A DNA stretch of 64,000 nucleotides from positions 1 through 64,000 of IMG/VR virus record IMGVR_UViG_3300028840_008186; one strand, given 5' to 3'. Shown here piece by piece: positions 18,301 to 27,943 of the stretch (positions are counted from its first letter, which is position 1; every line of letters starts with the position of its first letter). Under the pieces are notes generated by a model. The model was not told where the DNA came from. It did no database searches and saw nothing but the letters and a program-made list of their open reading frames with translations. The position numbers were made by a program, and so were the translations under genes. This DNA comes from a virus. Taxonomy: Duplodnaviria; Caudoviricetes.

Positions 18301-21300
18301 CATATTGCGTCCCTACTCTTATAAGAAGAGTAATCATTGCACTGGCCGCGTAAGCCGCTTTTGCAAAAGGAGAAGTAAAAGCCATCGCCAATTTAGCAAA
18401 CGTGAATCCTAATTTTCTGGCGATCTTCATCACCGTCATCATTACTTTGCCTACTCCTCCTATAGACAAAGCTACCATGGACCACTGAATTATGCCCGGT
18501 ATAGTCTCTACCACTTTTTCTGCTGCTTGGGACAAACTGGTAAGCGACGATACTACAAATTTTATGGTATCAGTAAGACCAGCCTCTCCCAAAGCAATAG
18601 CCAAATTCTCAATATTTTGCCACATAATCTTTATTTTATTGGACAAGCCCTCAGCTTGGGTACCAGCGGCTTGAGCGGCAGACCCGAATTCATAAGTCAA
18701 GTCTATAGCACGCTGCAATGAGTTACCAGAAGCCACTGCTTCAATCAAAGCGGCCAGCGCGTTCGCTGCTCTTGTGCCAAAGAACGCAACCGCTTTGCCC
18801 ATATCAACTGTATTCGTTTCGAAATCCCAAAGGATCGGTGCGAGGTTCTTGAGCGCCCCAATCCATCCTTGCGTTTTAGGATTGACTTTATCCAACTCAA
18901 GGCCTACTTCTGCCATTGCCGCTTTTAATTTCGTGGAAGGATTTACCATCTGAAGCATGACACGCCGGAGCCCCGTGCCCATAGTGCTCGCTTTGAGACC
19001 GTTATCAGCAAGCACCATCAAGGTTCCAGTAACCTCATTAAGATTTAGCCCAGCTTGGCGCCCAGCCGCGCCTACATAGTTGAAAGCAGTCTTGAGCTTG
19101 TCTATATTGACTTTGGCATTATTGATTGCATTGGTAAAAATATCAGCTACCTTAGAAGTCTGAGTGGCTTCTAAACCGAAAGCCCTGATAGCCGTGGTCG
19201 TAAGCTCCACCACATCTCCAAATTCAGATTGAGTCGCAGTGGCCAATTGGCTGATGCCCTTTAAAGCGAGCATAGACTCCGCCAAGTTAAAACCAGCCTG
19301 TCCAATAATCTGAATACCCTCCCCCAATTCAGTAGCTGAAAATATTGTTTCTCTAGCAGTCTTCTTGATCACATCTCCCATGACACGAACTTTATCTATG
19401 CCTATCTCTAAAATAGCCATCATTCCATGAAGAGCCTGATCGAAGTCTGCGACCGATTCTATAAATTGCTCAATGCCTTGAATAATAGCAGTCAGCGCTG
19501 CAGCGGCAAGAGTAAAAGCAGCAAACTGTTTGAATCGTTTGCCTATCATAGTAAACGCCCCGCCAAGGTAGCCTAACTCCTTTCTCATCTTCATAGCGCG
19601 GGAGGTAAACATGCCCATGCCCCTATAAGAAGGATCCAGTTCTTCCATGTACTCATCAACCGCTTCCTCGGCAATGTTGAAAGCATCTGCATTCTTCTTA
19701 AGTTGCTGGTTTAGTTTGAATATTTGCTTGTCAAGCTTGGCTACCTCTTTGCTTGATTTGCCAGTCTGGTTCTTTTGCACCTCAAGCATCTCTATTTGTG
19801 CTTTAATGGCATCTTGGCTTTTTCTGAAATTACTGGAAACACGGCCTATTGCTGAATTGTATCTGCCTACTTTAGCCGCATCCTCCCCAAAAATCCTTCC
19901 TAATTCTTCAAGCGCATCAGCATGCTCTAAAGATTTCCTCGTAGACTTTTCCCTAGCTTTCTGCCATTCCGATTGCGCCCGAACATCGCTGTCAGCAGCT
20001 TCTGTCAAATCAGAAAAGGACTCTATACTTCTTTGCATTACTTCATCAGCCCTAGCCCCTTCTTCCGACCACGCTTCTAACGCCTCCTGCTCGTTTTCTA
20101 ATGCTGCAGTGAGCCTATCATAGCCCTCCTCACTTGCTTCCATATTGGCAAGCTGTTCTTTCATTGCTTTAGCTGATTCAATTCTCTTTCTCTTCTCCTC
20201 ATCCACTGCATTTGCATGCTTCTTAATAGTGGAAACCAATCGCTCCTTAGAAAGAGTCTCATCCTTGTACCTGTCATTGAGCGCGTTCAACACAGGAACA
20301 AGATCCATTCCAGCCTTGGAAACACGCTTTCGTGCCCCAACAAGTTCTTTATCCGCATCCGCTGCGCCTATGGCGTAATCAGCATGAGCTGCAAAAGACT
20401 TAGCAATAACTGACTCCTCAGAAGCTGTATCACGGATCTGCTTTTCTAATTCAGCCAAGTCACTTTCCAATTCCTTTGTTGAAAGACCCGCCTTTTTAGT
20501 CGCTTCTATTGATTGAAGAACAGCATCCCTTTGCTCATGTAGCCCCGCGACCTGCCTATCGATACTACGCACAACTTGAACAGCCAGCCCCTTGAACATT
20601 TCTAAGGATGATTTCGCATCAGTATTGAACGCTTTCGCCATTGCGCGAACGGCAGCAACAACTCTATCATCCTGCGCTGCCATAGACTCAAGCTTACTCT
20701 CTAGCCCATCTATAGTTTTCTCCCCTTGGGCCATAGTATCATAGGTTTGCTCCATTGCCTTCTGGACTGTATACGTGGGCTCTTCCAAGCGCCGGATCTT
20801 CTCCGCAAGTTCTTCATATTCAGCCGTGCCCTCACCAAGTTTAGTCATATCATATTGGAGAGCTGAAACTTGCCCCCGGATTTTGGTGGTGGCATCTATA
20901 GCTGCTTTCTTATACGTATTGAAATTATCAATATACGCTCCAAACCGGTCTGCGAGGTGCTCAATAATAGCTACTTGCTCCTCAGTAAGATTGGAGGTCT
21001 TTTTGAGCTTTTTTTGAAATGCATCTATATCGTCCCGGGACTCAAGGAACGCCTTCCCGGTCATACCCAAAGCTTCAGCCGCCTCAACTGTCATATTCTT
21101 AAAGGGCAGAATGCCCTTTTTATTAACAAATTGAAACCCTTTTTGGGTAAGTTTAAGATTGCCTTCCAGTGTATGAATAACAGCGGATGCTGAGCGCACA
21201 TCATCCGCCATCCCTTTAAACGCACCGCTTTCAAAACTATTTAATTTGCGCTGCAGTACCTTAACAGCCGGTCCTATTTGTTGGAGACGTTTGATGTACA

Positions 21301-23968
21301 TCTCTGCTTGCTCGTCTGTTTTTCCGTAAACCTGGCCCAAATAACGAAGTGCGTTCAATTGATCTCTAGCTGCGTCGTTCCCTTCCGCAATCTGTTGTTC
21401 TAACCGTTGCTCCTCCTTTGTGAACTTCTTCATGGCCCCCAAATTTCTAAGGACCGCTTCAGTTTGCTCTTCACTCAACCCAATTTGTTTTGCTGTCTTT
21501 TTATTCAAACCCGCAACCCGGTCCCCAACCAATTGTAATCCACCGGACTGCTCAGCAAGCTTGATATCCTGCGCTGTGATCGCCTCAGCCCACTCCCGCG
21601 TGCCTTCTACTCCCTCTTTCTTAATAATTCGGGCTAGGCCTAATACAGCGTTGCCGTACTTAATCGCTTCCTTTTTGGCTTGGTTTATCTCTTGGGTAGT
21701 TTTGCCCGCTGCTTCCTTGAGTTCCTCAAAGAATTCAATCGTTACACCAGTGAACGCATCGGGATCCAGTCCTATAGAATCATCATCCGCCTTATCTGAG
21801 TCCTTCTTGTCAGTTTTAGCAGCCCTAGCAGCTTCTGTTTTTGTTTCTGCGATACGTTTCTTGGCATCTATGGCTCGTTCTTCGAACTCTTCGAGTTCGT
21901 CCATTCCTTGGCCCGTAAATTTGGCGATCTCTTTGAATACTGCTTCGAAAGCTCCTGTTATAAGACCAGAGATCGACTTAAAGCCCTCAAGCACTTCCGC
22001 CAAAGACTTATAAGCATCCTCAGACCCCTCCGCCCCTTCTCCTGCTTCCTTAACACGCGCAGTCACAGCTTCGAGGACCTCAGATACATCACTGCCTTGT
22101 CCCGCGAGGCCCTTCAATCCCCCCAATAGATCTTCCAAGACTGATTGAAACTTTTGAATAACCTCTCCCGAATCTTGGTACTCTTCCTTCTGTTCGGCGA
22201 GGATTTCAGCTTGCTTAGCAAAGGCCTCTATTTGCTGGCCTACACTTTCTACTATTTTGTCCGCCAATCCTTCATATGCAGACAGCCCCGCATTGGTTTC
22301 CTTTTCCATAACAGCGCTGAGAATGGAAACCGCCTCTTTTACCTGCTCGTGGCTGATGCCCATTTGGTCCATCTTAGCCACAAATTGATCGATGATTTCA
22401 GTGGTTTTCTCCAACCGCCGTGCCGCCTTGCTCATAGCCTCATTGAGCTGGTATTGTGGCTCCGTGGCAGCTGTAACCGAGCCTTCTATTTCTTTATAAG
22501 CATCCGAGCCCTTATCACCAATCTTCTCCAACTGAGACAACTGAAGAGATCGTATCTTAGCTTGCTCAGTTTCCGATTCTCTAACCGCTGCTAAATAAGT
22601 CCGCACATGTTCCGGAAGTTTGCCGTATTCATCCCCAAGCGCCTCAACCCGATCGATCTCCTTTTGTGAAACGCCCTCTTTCTTGAGCTTATCGATCTCA
22701 TTGCCCCAACTCGAAGCTAATCGTTTATTCCTTTCATAAGACTCCCCGAGGATTCCCAACCGTTCTGCCATATCCTCGGTCATCTCTATAAATGGACGCA
22801 TACCTTGCTCGGTAAGAACCTTCAGCTTACCAGTCAAAGCATCCACATTGCCTCGGAACGTCTCCAATACAATGCCTGCAACATCAGCCTTCTCAACGAC
22901 CTCCTTCAAACCCTCAGCCCCGATATCTTCGGCAGCCTTGCCCATCTTCTCCAAGCCCTCTTTGACCAGGAGAATCCGAGTAATATATTCTTCCGCTACT
23001 TCATTAGTGGCACCAAATTGTTTGGCGAGATCTCGCATAGCGTCCAATTCTTCTTCAACGCCGCCTTGTCCCGTCGCTTTGCTAAGTTCGTTGAAACGCT
23101 CTATGAACGCACCAAATTTCTCATCAAGAATAGTCAGGTGCTGCGCCCAATCTTCATAAATATTGATAGCTAACCGGCCTTGCTCGTTAAGCGGCACCAA
23201 TCCATCAGCTGTAGCAAGCACATTGCCCCGAAGCAGCTCGGCACGAATCCCTGCCATATCAAGACTCTTGGCCCACTCTTCAGTGCCTTCTACACCTTCG
23301 TCCTTGAACATCTTGGCAGTTTTGGTAATCTGATCGGCGAGATCCCGGGCTTGGTTCTCTATCTTTTCTTGAGCAGCTCCGGTTTCTTCCATCTCGTTCG
23401 CTAGGACTTTGAGCGCATCTTCATACAGGCCTAATTCATCTCGGCCTTCTGCACCAAGGCCTTCGCCTGTAATCTTACCCATCTCCTCTGCGATCGTTTT
23501 GGCGATCTTGCTCGTTTCCGAGCCCATATTTTCAAGATCATCTTGGAACTGCGCGAATTTATCGAGGTAGGATTTTTGGAATTGACTGAGACCTTCGGTT
23601 ATATCTTGTACGCTTTTGGAGAAATCACCACCATACTCCTTGATCATCTCAAGTACGCTGGCAAGAACATTTTGGGCTTCTCCTGCTTTCTCGGCCTTGT
23701 CTGCAAAGTCCTCAGCGGCCTCACCTGCGCCCTCTAAATGATCCTTGGTTTTCTCAGTGATATCTTCGATGGCACTTGTAGTAGCCGAGACATTACTGGA
23801 AAGAGAAGAGGCCATTCCTTCCAATAACTTGGATGCGTCTTCTTCACCTAACTTCTTGGTGGCCTCAGCAAAAGCGCCTAACACTCCTTGAAGGTTCTTC
23901 AACCCTTCTAAGAGCCGCTTATCGACCATGCCTCGAATATTGAGAAGCAATCCTTTTTCTTTAGCCAT
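15347..23968 (-). CDS. tail tape measure protein (TP901-type core)
   Basis: ~2870 aa helical; T.FSATE.GE......QAGF core; GLKASTMGTGLR; C-terminal GTDTIPAWLTPGEYVV; start MAKEKG after GGGAG RBS. Confidence 0.93.
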   Translation of the reverse strand: MAKEKGLLLNIRGMVDKRLLEGLKNLQGVLGAFAEATKKLGEEDASKLLEGMASSLSSNVSATTSAIEDITEKTKDHLEGAGEAAEDFADKAEKAGEAQNVLASVLEMIKEYGGDFSKSVQDITEGLSQFQKSYLDKFAQFQDDLENMGSETSKIAKTIAEEMGKITGEGLGAEGRDELGLYEDALKVLANEMEETGAAQEKIENQARDLADQITKTAKMFKDEGVEGTEEWAKSLDMAGIRAELLRGNVLATADGLVPLNEQGRLAINIYEDWAQHLTILDEKFGAFIERFNELSKATGQGGVEEELDAMRDLAKQFGATNEVAEEYITRILLVKEGLEKMGKAAEDIGAEGLKEVVEKADVAGIVLETFRGNVDALTGKLKVLTEQGMRPFIEMTEDMAERLGILGESYERNKRLASSWGNEIDKLKKEGVSQKEIDRVEALGDEYGKLPEHVRTYLAAVRESETEQAKIRSLQLSQLEKIGDKGSDAYKEIEGSVTAATEPQYQLNEAMSKAARRLEKTTEIIDQFVAKMDQMGISHEQVKEAVSILSAVMEKETNAGLSAYEGLADKIVESVGQQIEAFAKQAEILAEQKEEYQDSGEVIQKFQSVLEDLLGGLKGLAGQGSDVSEVLEAVTARVKEAGEGAEGSEDAYKSLAEVLEGFKSISGLITGAFEAVFKEIAKFTGQGMDELEEFEERAIDAKKRIAETKTEAARAAKTDKKDSDKADDDSIGLDPDAFTGVTIEFFEELKEAAGKTTQEINQAKKEAIKYGNAVLGLARIIKKEGVEGTREWAEAITAQDIKLAEQSGGLQLVGDRVAGLNKKTAKQIGLSEEQTEAVLRNLGAMKKFTKEEQRLEQQIAEGNDAARDQLNALRYLGQVYGKTDEQAEMYIKRLQQIGPAVKVLQRKLNSFESGAFKGMADDVRSASAVIHTLEGNLKLTQKGFQFVNKKGILPFKNMTVEAAEALGMTGKAFLESRDDIDAFQKKLKKTSNLTEEQVAIIEHLADRFGAYIDNFNTYKKAAIDATTKIRGQVSALQYDMTKLGEGTAEYEELAEKIRRLEEPTYTVQKAMEQTYDTMAQGEKTIDGLESKLESMAAQDDRVVAAVRAMAKAFNTDAKSSLEMFKGLAVQVVRSIDRQVAGLHEQRDAVLQSIEATKKAGLSTKELESDLAELEKQIRDTASEESVIAKSFAAHADYAIGAADADKELVGARKRVSKAGMDLVPVLNALNDRYKDETLSKERLVSTIKKHANAVDEEKRKRIESAKAMKEQLANMEASEEGYDRLTAALENEQEALEAWSEEGARADEVMQRSIESFSDLTEAADSDVRAQSEWQKAREKSTRKSLEHADALEELGRIFGEDAAKVGRYNSAIGRVSSNFRKSQDAIKAQIEMLEVQKNQTGKSSKEVAKLDKQIFKLNQQLKKNADAFNIAEEAVDEYMEELDPSYRGMGMFTSRAMKMRKELGYLGGAFTMIGKRFKQFAAFTLAAAALTAIIQGIEQFIESVADFDQALHGMMAILEIGIDKVRVMGDVIKKTARETIFSATELGEGIQIIGQAGFNLAESMLALKGISQLATATQSEFGDVVELTTTAIRAFGLEATQTSKVADIFTNAINNAKVNIDKLKTAFNYVGAAGRQAGLNLNEVTGTLMVLADNGLKASTMGTGLRRVMLQMVNPSTKLKAAMAEVGLELDKVNPKTQGWIGALKNLAPILWDFETNTVDMGKAVAFFGTRAANALAALIEAVASGNSLQRAIDLTYEFGSAAQAAGTQAEGLSNKIKIMWQNIENLAIALGEAGLTDTIKFVVSSLTSLSQAAEKVVETIPGIIQWSMVALSIGGVGKVMMTVMKIARKLGFTFAKLAMAFTSPFAKAAYAASAMITLLIRVGTQYDRAAKKAGKAAEQFASHAIAARSWADALAKAAEEGRREFTNTVRRMREDEQAEDFVKFLEEDMGLTLESLKNHLDELAAATREYEKTSLTDAMVKDAEKLTAINEELLAADPALIKNRFAGGYDSLWEFIKKISQAPLHAMWRGITGVEYEEVMKQREIQLKRIRDRVLGLMDKEIVLSAEHLTAVFDNMYSGLLKPADFAKVRAMLLKELETMKKDADHQISEYQKVFAKLSPQIQEDLQAMTNIDQFGFEDKLTSIEEKVLAYQEYLEKEQNYHYKEAVKAAADYRNRMVQEKILEHQQIKAKADSYYEEMERKIDDHYAARREIVNQAYDWEIEILESRKPLRKSIKMRERALGEWKRVYDRAFGKLVDAEEGYLESVADINERLVEIHQNTAWRELNTRYLVLEKERERKDKLIAIAREEADKRIAVEKQRLQTRLSLERISATERESIVRNSRAAIDEIERGTLDDKEKVLNDWLSSLQSSYNYAITKEEAYADAIQSAQEDIAEIRKEGAESIKDNASTAEDALKKISRAGMTETELQADKLEEAQDKMSKAYHLIQSDVIENQDLAKQMAGEARDIFVELGVAAAKGEESALSQAEAERKVAKASDVVERAIKERTRLRVAEKEDALKHAQDMMDAYSRMAGDMAASIEVVRGSIRDLQNATIEPKYFEVDSGAKFELDRLAAIEEFDIHDKHYNVIAHQKTVAEDSGASHAFEGINPLTGNQYYGSTFAEGGEAPHPADLGAKAKGTDTIPAWLTPGEYVVKKSAVQKYGTMFLEALNKGKVAIDAVPKFTRGGFVGTLKSYVDVIPRYAKGGIAKATKSFVDVIPRYAKGGTVAPLRFAEGGAVPTSAGEGGLLRNIIESLRELRLANQEGFETLSAYLWNMTPPDLGQFLSTTNLGIKSLDSKLAYHSRLMIEGNQYLQRIDGSIQNLQHVMSAAAASGQGAGTINLNNYAGDARKLAFDIQRLQRLGQAPMLG
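15786..15872. repeat. 30-bp direct repeat with 57-bp period in the tape measure C-terminus
   Basis: CCCTTCGCATACCGAGGGATCACGTCTACA twice (VDVIPRYAKG). Confidence 0.9.
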
Positions 23969-23970
23969 GT

Positions 23971-24444
23971 CTAATCTCCCAAAGTACGCGCAGCTTCCTG
24001 TCTCCACTTCCTATGAGCCCCCATCATTTGATGGGTGATCCTGTCCTTTTCTTCCTTGCTCAAATGCTCATATTCAGATGGATCTCTAAACAACGGAACC
24101 TCCGGGCTTTCTTGGAATGAGGTGGTGGCCTTGGATTGAGTTGAGTGGCCCTCTTGTTTATCGGGATCTATCCCGTGCATACGACACTGGAACTTCCATT
24201 CCTCCAGCTTACTTTTCTGCGCGTATTCATATAGCGCATGAATTTGAAGGAGGGCCAAGCCTCCTTCTTTGAAGCTCTTTCGGTACACGTCTTCCAGCCG
24301 ATAACTAGGATACTGGCGAAGTACTTCGGCTACGACCTCTTCGAAAACTACTGCTTCTTCTTGGTTCGCTTGCTGGGCGCTGCTTGCTTGGGCAGTTTCG
24401 GAAATAGCGCCCTGCCCCTTTCGAAGAGGTCCTTCAAGTTTTTT
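23971..24444 (-). CDS. tail assembly chaperone GT extension (-1 frame)
   Basis: -1 frame is open from the slippery site to the stop at 23971, just upstream of the tape measure. Confidence 0.75.
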   Translation of the reverse strand, partial: KKLEGPLRKGQGAISETAQASSAQQANQEEAVVFEEVVAEVLRQYPSYRLEDVYRKSFKEGGLALLQIHALYEYAQKSKLEEWKFQCRMHGIDPDKQEGHSTQSKATTSFQESPEVPLFRDPSEYEHLSKEEKDRITHQMMGAHRKWRQEAARTLGD

Positions 24445-24779
24445 ATTAGTCCTTCATAGTTGACCTCGAATATTACATTAACAATCTCTGAGAGTTGTTG
24501 ATTGGTCAACTCTTCCATGCGAGGGGAATCCTCCTCATCGCATACATACCCCAAAATAATACCCAAGTTTGTATTAATGATAGCTTGGATATTTTTGACG
24601 GCGTCAACTTCGGACATCCCTCTGAGATCCGTGCCTACAATCTCATTGATAGAACCAGCAAGCTTCTCCGTCAATGAGAATTGGTCAGACACAGACAAAG
24701 GATAGACCTTGACACTTCGAAGGTGCCTGACTCCTACATCAATGGTCTTAATTTGGGGGTTTAATCGTTGATCAGACAT
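24348..24779 (-). CDS. tail assembly chaperone G
   Basis: between tail tube and tape measure; strong AAGGAGG RBS. Confidence 0.8.
   Translation of the reverse strand: MSDQRLNPQIKTIDVGVRHLRSVKVYPLSVSDQFSLTEKLAGSINEIVGTDLRGMSEVDAVKNIQAIINTNLGIILGYVCDEEDSPRMEELTNQQLSEIVNVIFEVNYEGLIKNLKDLFERGRALFPKLPKQAAPSKRTKKKQ
24438..24444 (-). other. programmed -1 ribosomal frameshift heptamer A AAA AAC
   Basis: X XXY YYZ in the correct phase of G (ata aaa aac). Confidence 0.8.
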
Positions 24780-24850
24780 TAGAATTCCTCCTTAATAGGG
24801 ATTGGGTATTACTCAATTTTCAGTTTCGCGGATGCGAGTGTACTACAGTG

Positions 24851-24877
24851 AAGAAAGGCCGGGGCCGGAGCCCCGGC
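24851..24877 (-). terminator. intrinsic terminator after tail tube gene
   Basis: GCCGGGGC-TCCG-GCCCCGGC followed by CTTTCTT. Confidence 0.7.
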
Positions 24878-24893
24878 TTCAAAGGTTGACGGT

Positions 24894-25514
24894 TTAGCTC
24901 CAGTAGATACGGCCCAGAGGCATTTCGTCCCAGGTCGCATCTCCGCCGGACACGCCGGAGTCCGCACGTTTGGCTTCCAGCGTGATAGGTACGTTTGCAT
25001 TGTCTTCCGCCGCCATGGAAATTTCCACTGAACTCGTAACGTTGGCGCGGGGAAAGATAATGTTCATAGAGTTCGTGCCGTTGGGGTACGTATAAACCGC
25101 TTCCACCCGAACATAGTCCGGCGCAGAAATCGTACCCAATGGGATATCATCGTCAGCAGTCCATCCTGCTTTCGTATGAGGCTCATACTCACCGGACGAA
25201 GCTTCAACATCAACGCCACGAGCGATAGCCAAGTTCCTTGCATGGATTTCCTTGAATTCGCACTCAAGAGCGCAAGACTCACGGAGTGGGATCGTCAAGT
25301 CCTCCAGCATTGGAAAGCCAGATTCCAGTTTCCAATACTCAACATTGGAAGTGAACCCCGTAGAGTTCAACGCACCAAGCGAGTCTTCGGTCGTGTCCAA
25401 AGCCTGGAGGGGATCGTCAATATGGGCAGCAGACGCACCCACCAAGATCTTGGCCAGACCGAGGGCAACGGTATGCGGGAATCTGGTAAGTGGACCAGTT
25501 CTTGAAATAGCCAT
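24894..25514 (-). CDS. major tail tube protein
   Basis: 206 aa, beta-rich, strong RBS, followed by terminator and G/GT/tape measure. Confidence 0.8.
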   Translation of the reverse strand: MAISRTGPLTRFPHTVALGLAKILVGASAAHIDDPLQALDTTEDSLGALNSTGFTSNVEYWKLESGFPMLEDLTIPLRESCALECEFKEIHARNLAIARGVDVEASSGEYEPHTKAGWTADDDIPLGTISAPDYVRVEAVYTYPNGTNSMNIIFPRANVTSSVEISMAAEDNANVPITLEAKRADSGVSGGDATWDEMPLGRIYWS

Positions 25515-25578
25515 AACCTTTTACCTCCTATGCAAAATAGTTAAAATCTCGTTCCTTACGGACTGCATCTGAGGGATA

Positions 25579-25797
25579 TTAAGGCGAATCACCAGGGAAA
25601 AAGTTTATGGTGTTCGTTGCCTTGCACGATTTACGGAGACACTTCATACGAAGATTTCCGTGAATTTCCATTTCAACTATGTTAGCCTCTTGGCCGTCTC
25701 GTGTGTCTCTGCCGAACTTGAAAATAAACAAACCATTGGGCCTTCTTTTGAGGAGTTTCTTTCCACATTTCTCACAACAAATCCATATGCTATTCAT
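25579..25797 (-). CDS. Com-like zinc-finger protein
   Basis: CEKCGKKL...MKCLRKSCKATN; TAATG coupling. Confidence 0.6.
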   Translation of the reverse strand: MNSIWICCEKCGKKLLKRRPNGLFIFKFGRDTRDGQEANIVEMEIHGNLRMKCLRKSCKATNTINFFPGDSP

Positions 25798-26219
25798 TAG
25801 TATACCGCTCCCCACTTCAAATTTAAAGTCAAAGTTTTCATCTTTATACCATCGGGGAGGTTCATCGTCTCCGTCTCATGATCGTGATAGACTTTCAGCC
25901 CTCCTAACTGCGTCCAGTCCGCATCATAAAATTCTATACCTCCTTGAAGGCAATTGAATACAGTATCTCTAAGAGCAGCTAATTGGTCGCCCTCCCAGTC
26001 TCTTTTGGTAAATAGATGGACTAATAAATCCACAGAGCTAACTTGGTCTACTATCAAATCCTTCATCCGGACGCTAATCCACTGATTGATTGAACCATTC
26101 TCCGGAGGCAGATTCAAGCGATCGAAATACACTTGTATACTCTCGCCAGTGTAAAAGGTATCCCAAAAGAACTTTTTGACCGATCTCTTAAGATTCGCTT
26201 CCTTCAGAGTTTCGTCCAT
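25797..26219 (-). CDS. tail terminator-like protein
   Basis: size and position before tail tube; VHLFT..D. Confidence 0.55.
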   Translation of the reverse strand: MDETLKEANLKRSVKKFFWDTFYTGESIQVYFDRLNLPPENGSINQWISVRMKDLIVDQVSSVDLLVHLFTKRDWEGDQLAALRDTVFNCLQGGIEFYDADWTQLGGLKVYHDHETETMNLPDGIKMKTLTLNLKWGAVY

Positions 26220-26427
26220 CAGACTCACCGCCAAATTTCTCTGCTAAAAATTTCAATGTAGGCTCGAAGCCTTCATGCAAATACTTCACAGCTTCCGACA
26301 AAAATTTATCCTGAGCCTCATAAGTGATCTCAGCTTTGTCCATCAGCGCCCGTAGCATAAGAATTTGTTCCAAAGAAAACTCCACGGTCACATAAATATC
26401 TCTGTGGGCAACATCTACAATTTTCAT
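26188..26427 (-). CDS. hypothetical protein
   Basis: TAATG-coupled ORF in neck module. Confidence 0.6.
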   Translation of the reverse strand: MKIVDVAHRDIYVTVEFSLEQILMLRALMDKAEITYEAQDKFLSEAVKYLHEGFEPTLKFLAEKFGGESDGRNSEGSES

Positions 26428-27329
26428 TAGGTCACGCTCTTCCACGCATTCTCGGTTTCATCAAAATAATGGGTAATATGATGGTCTATGCTTTCCACTG
26501 TGTCTCCAAAAGAATGCTCTATGGCCCCTCCGGATCTGCCAGCAGCTGTTTCTTCATAGTACTTAACACGAGTGCCGCCAATAGTTTTTTCTTTCAGCTT
26601 ATCAAAAGAAGGCTGCTTCCCAAATTCCGACCTTCGGCCAGCGCCTACTCCGCTCAACTCAGCTTCATACTGAATCTCGCCTTCCCATCCCTCCGTTGAG
26701 GCCGAGGATAAATAATCATCCGGATCCGCAAACTCAGGAGCCTGGACCTCCTCTGGGAATTGATTTGCTGCCGCCCGCAAAGACCGCCCTATAGTATCAT
26801 GAATATCTCGTGGGAAATGCTCCTTGGAGTACCTTTCAAAAGCTGGACCGAACCAAGGCCTGTAGGCCTCTAACATACCAGCGATGCCCCGCGTGCTGGT
26901 CATCGAGCCATAGGAAACCATACGCTTTAATTCAGGGTCGTACACTTGGTCCGGGGTATACTCTCCTTTGTGAATGCCTACAGTATACCCTCCGCGTCCC
27001 GAAGGCCAATAATCAATGCCCCTCAATAAAGCACCCGTTACACCAATGCCTACTTTATCTGTCTTAGCACCCAATTTGTACCGGCGCTTTAACCAATCCT
27101 TATTCAGGACTTTTTCCCGCCCACTAAAGAACTCTTGATCTATAAGAGACTTCCGAATAAAAGCAGCTAACCGGTTAGCTACTTTGCGTGTGAGCAAACC
27201 TCCTTGTTCTTGATCGTTCCAATACATGAAAGCGTTCTCTATGCCTTTCACACCACGCTTGGACTTCTTAGCCCAAGTAGTAAGATAGGCCACTTTCTCA
27301 TATCCTTCAAAACTTATTGGACTTCCCAT
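26427..27329 (-). CDS. neck/tail-completion protein (HK97 gp10-like) with acidic C-terminal extension
   Basis: TGALLRGI and RPWFGPAFE motifs; position. Confidence 0.55.
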   Translation of the reverse strand: MGSPISFEGYEKVAYLTTWAKKSKRGVKGIENAFMYWNDQEQGGLLTRKVANRLAAFIRKSLIDQEFFSGREKVLNKDWLKRRYKLGAKTDKVGIGVTGALLRGIDYWPSGRGGYTVGIHKGEYTPDQVYDPELKRMVSYGSMTSTRGIAGMLEAYRPWFGPAFERYSKEHFPRDIHDTIGRSLRAAANQFPEEVQAPEFADPDDYLSSASTEGWEGEIQYEAELSGVGAGRRSEFGKQPSFDKLKEKTIGGTRVKYYEETAAGRSGGAIEHSFGDTVESIDHHITHYFDETENAWKSVT

Positions 27330-27943
27330 TACTCCCTCGTATCCTGGGAAACTCTGCAAATACTTACGTTATTCAATCTATCCGGCGCTATGCCCTTAAT
27401 TTCCCAATTATTTGAACCAATGGTGAAACGATCTCCCACCCTTGGATTACAATCTCCTGATATATGAAGGTTAAACTGGTCAACAGAATATTTGCCATAC
27501 TCCTCCGATTTCATCTCCGTGTAGTCTACCATCCCTGTTAACAATACCGGTTCGGAAGATTCCAATATAGGCCAAGTTACTGTCTCTACATAATCAGAGT
27601 CCCGGGAGGTAGACTTGCGCTTCAGATCACCACTATAATTGCATTTGTACAAAATGCCTTCTTTTGTCACAATAGAATTTTCAAACCGAGTGGGGTTGAG
27701 CACAACGAGGAGATGGTACGTGCTATCGTCTACAAATTGAATTATATCGCCGGGAACAGCAGTGGTATTGTACGGGAGGGTACAATCTAGCATGTATTGA
27801 GTCAGGAAAGGACTGTTGGCTTGGATCTTAACCTCATAGTCAAGGTGCTCTTGCACGGTATCGGATCCATCGTGCTTGATAACATTGACAAGAGTAGCCA
27901 GCTCATTAATGACTTCCGCAATATCTGGTCCGATACCCGTCAT
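27329..27943 (-). CDS. head-closure protein (two beta-barrel repeats)
   Basis: PGDIIQF and VGDRFTIG..WEIKGI; position. Confidence 0.55.
   Translation of the reverse strand: MTGIGPDIAEVINELATLVNVIKHDGSDTVQEHLDYEVKIQANSPFLTQYMLDCTLPYNTTAVPGDIIQFVDDSTYHLLVVLNPTRFENSIVTKEGILYKCNYSGDLKRKSTSRDSDYVETVTWPILESSEPVLLTGMVDYTEMKSEEYGKYSVDQFNLHISGDCNPRVGDRFTIGSNNWEIKGIAPDRLNNVSICRVSQDTRE

Noticed and set aside
15551-23737. Many + strand ORFs opposite the tape measure and other late genes
   Set aside because: Antisense shadows with no RBS or recognisable motifs
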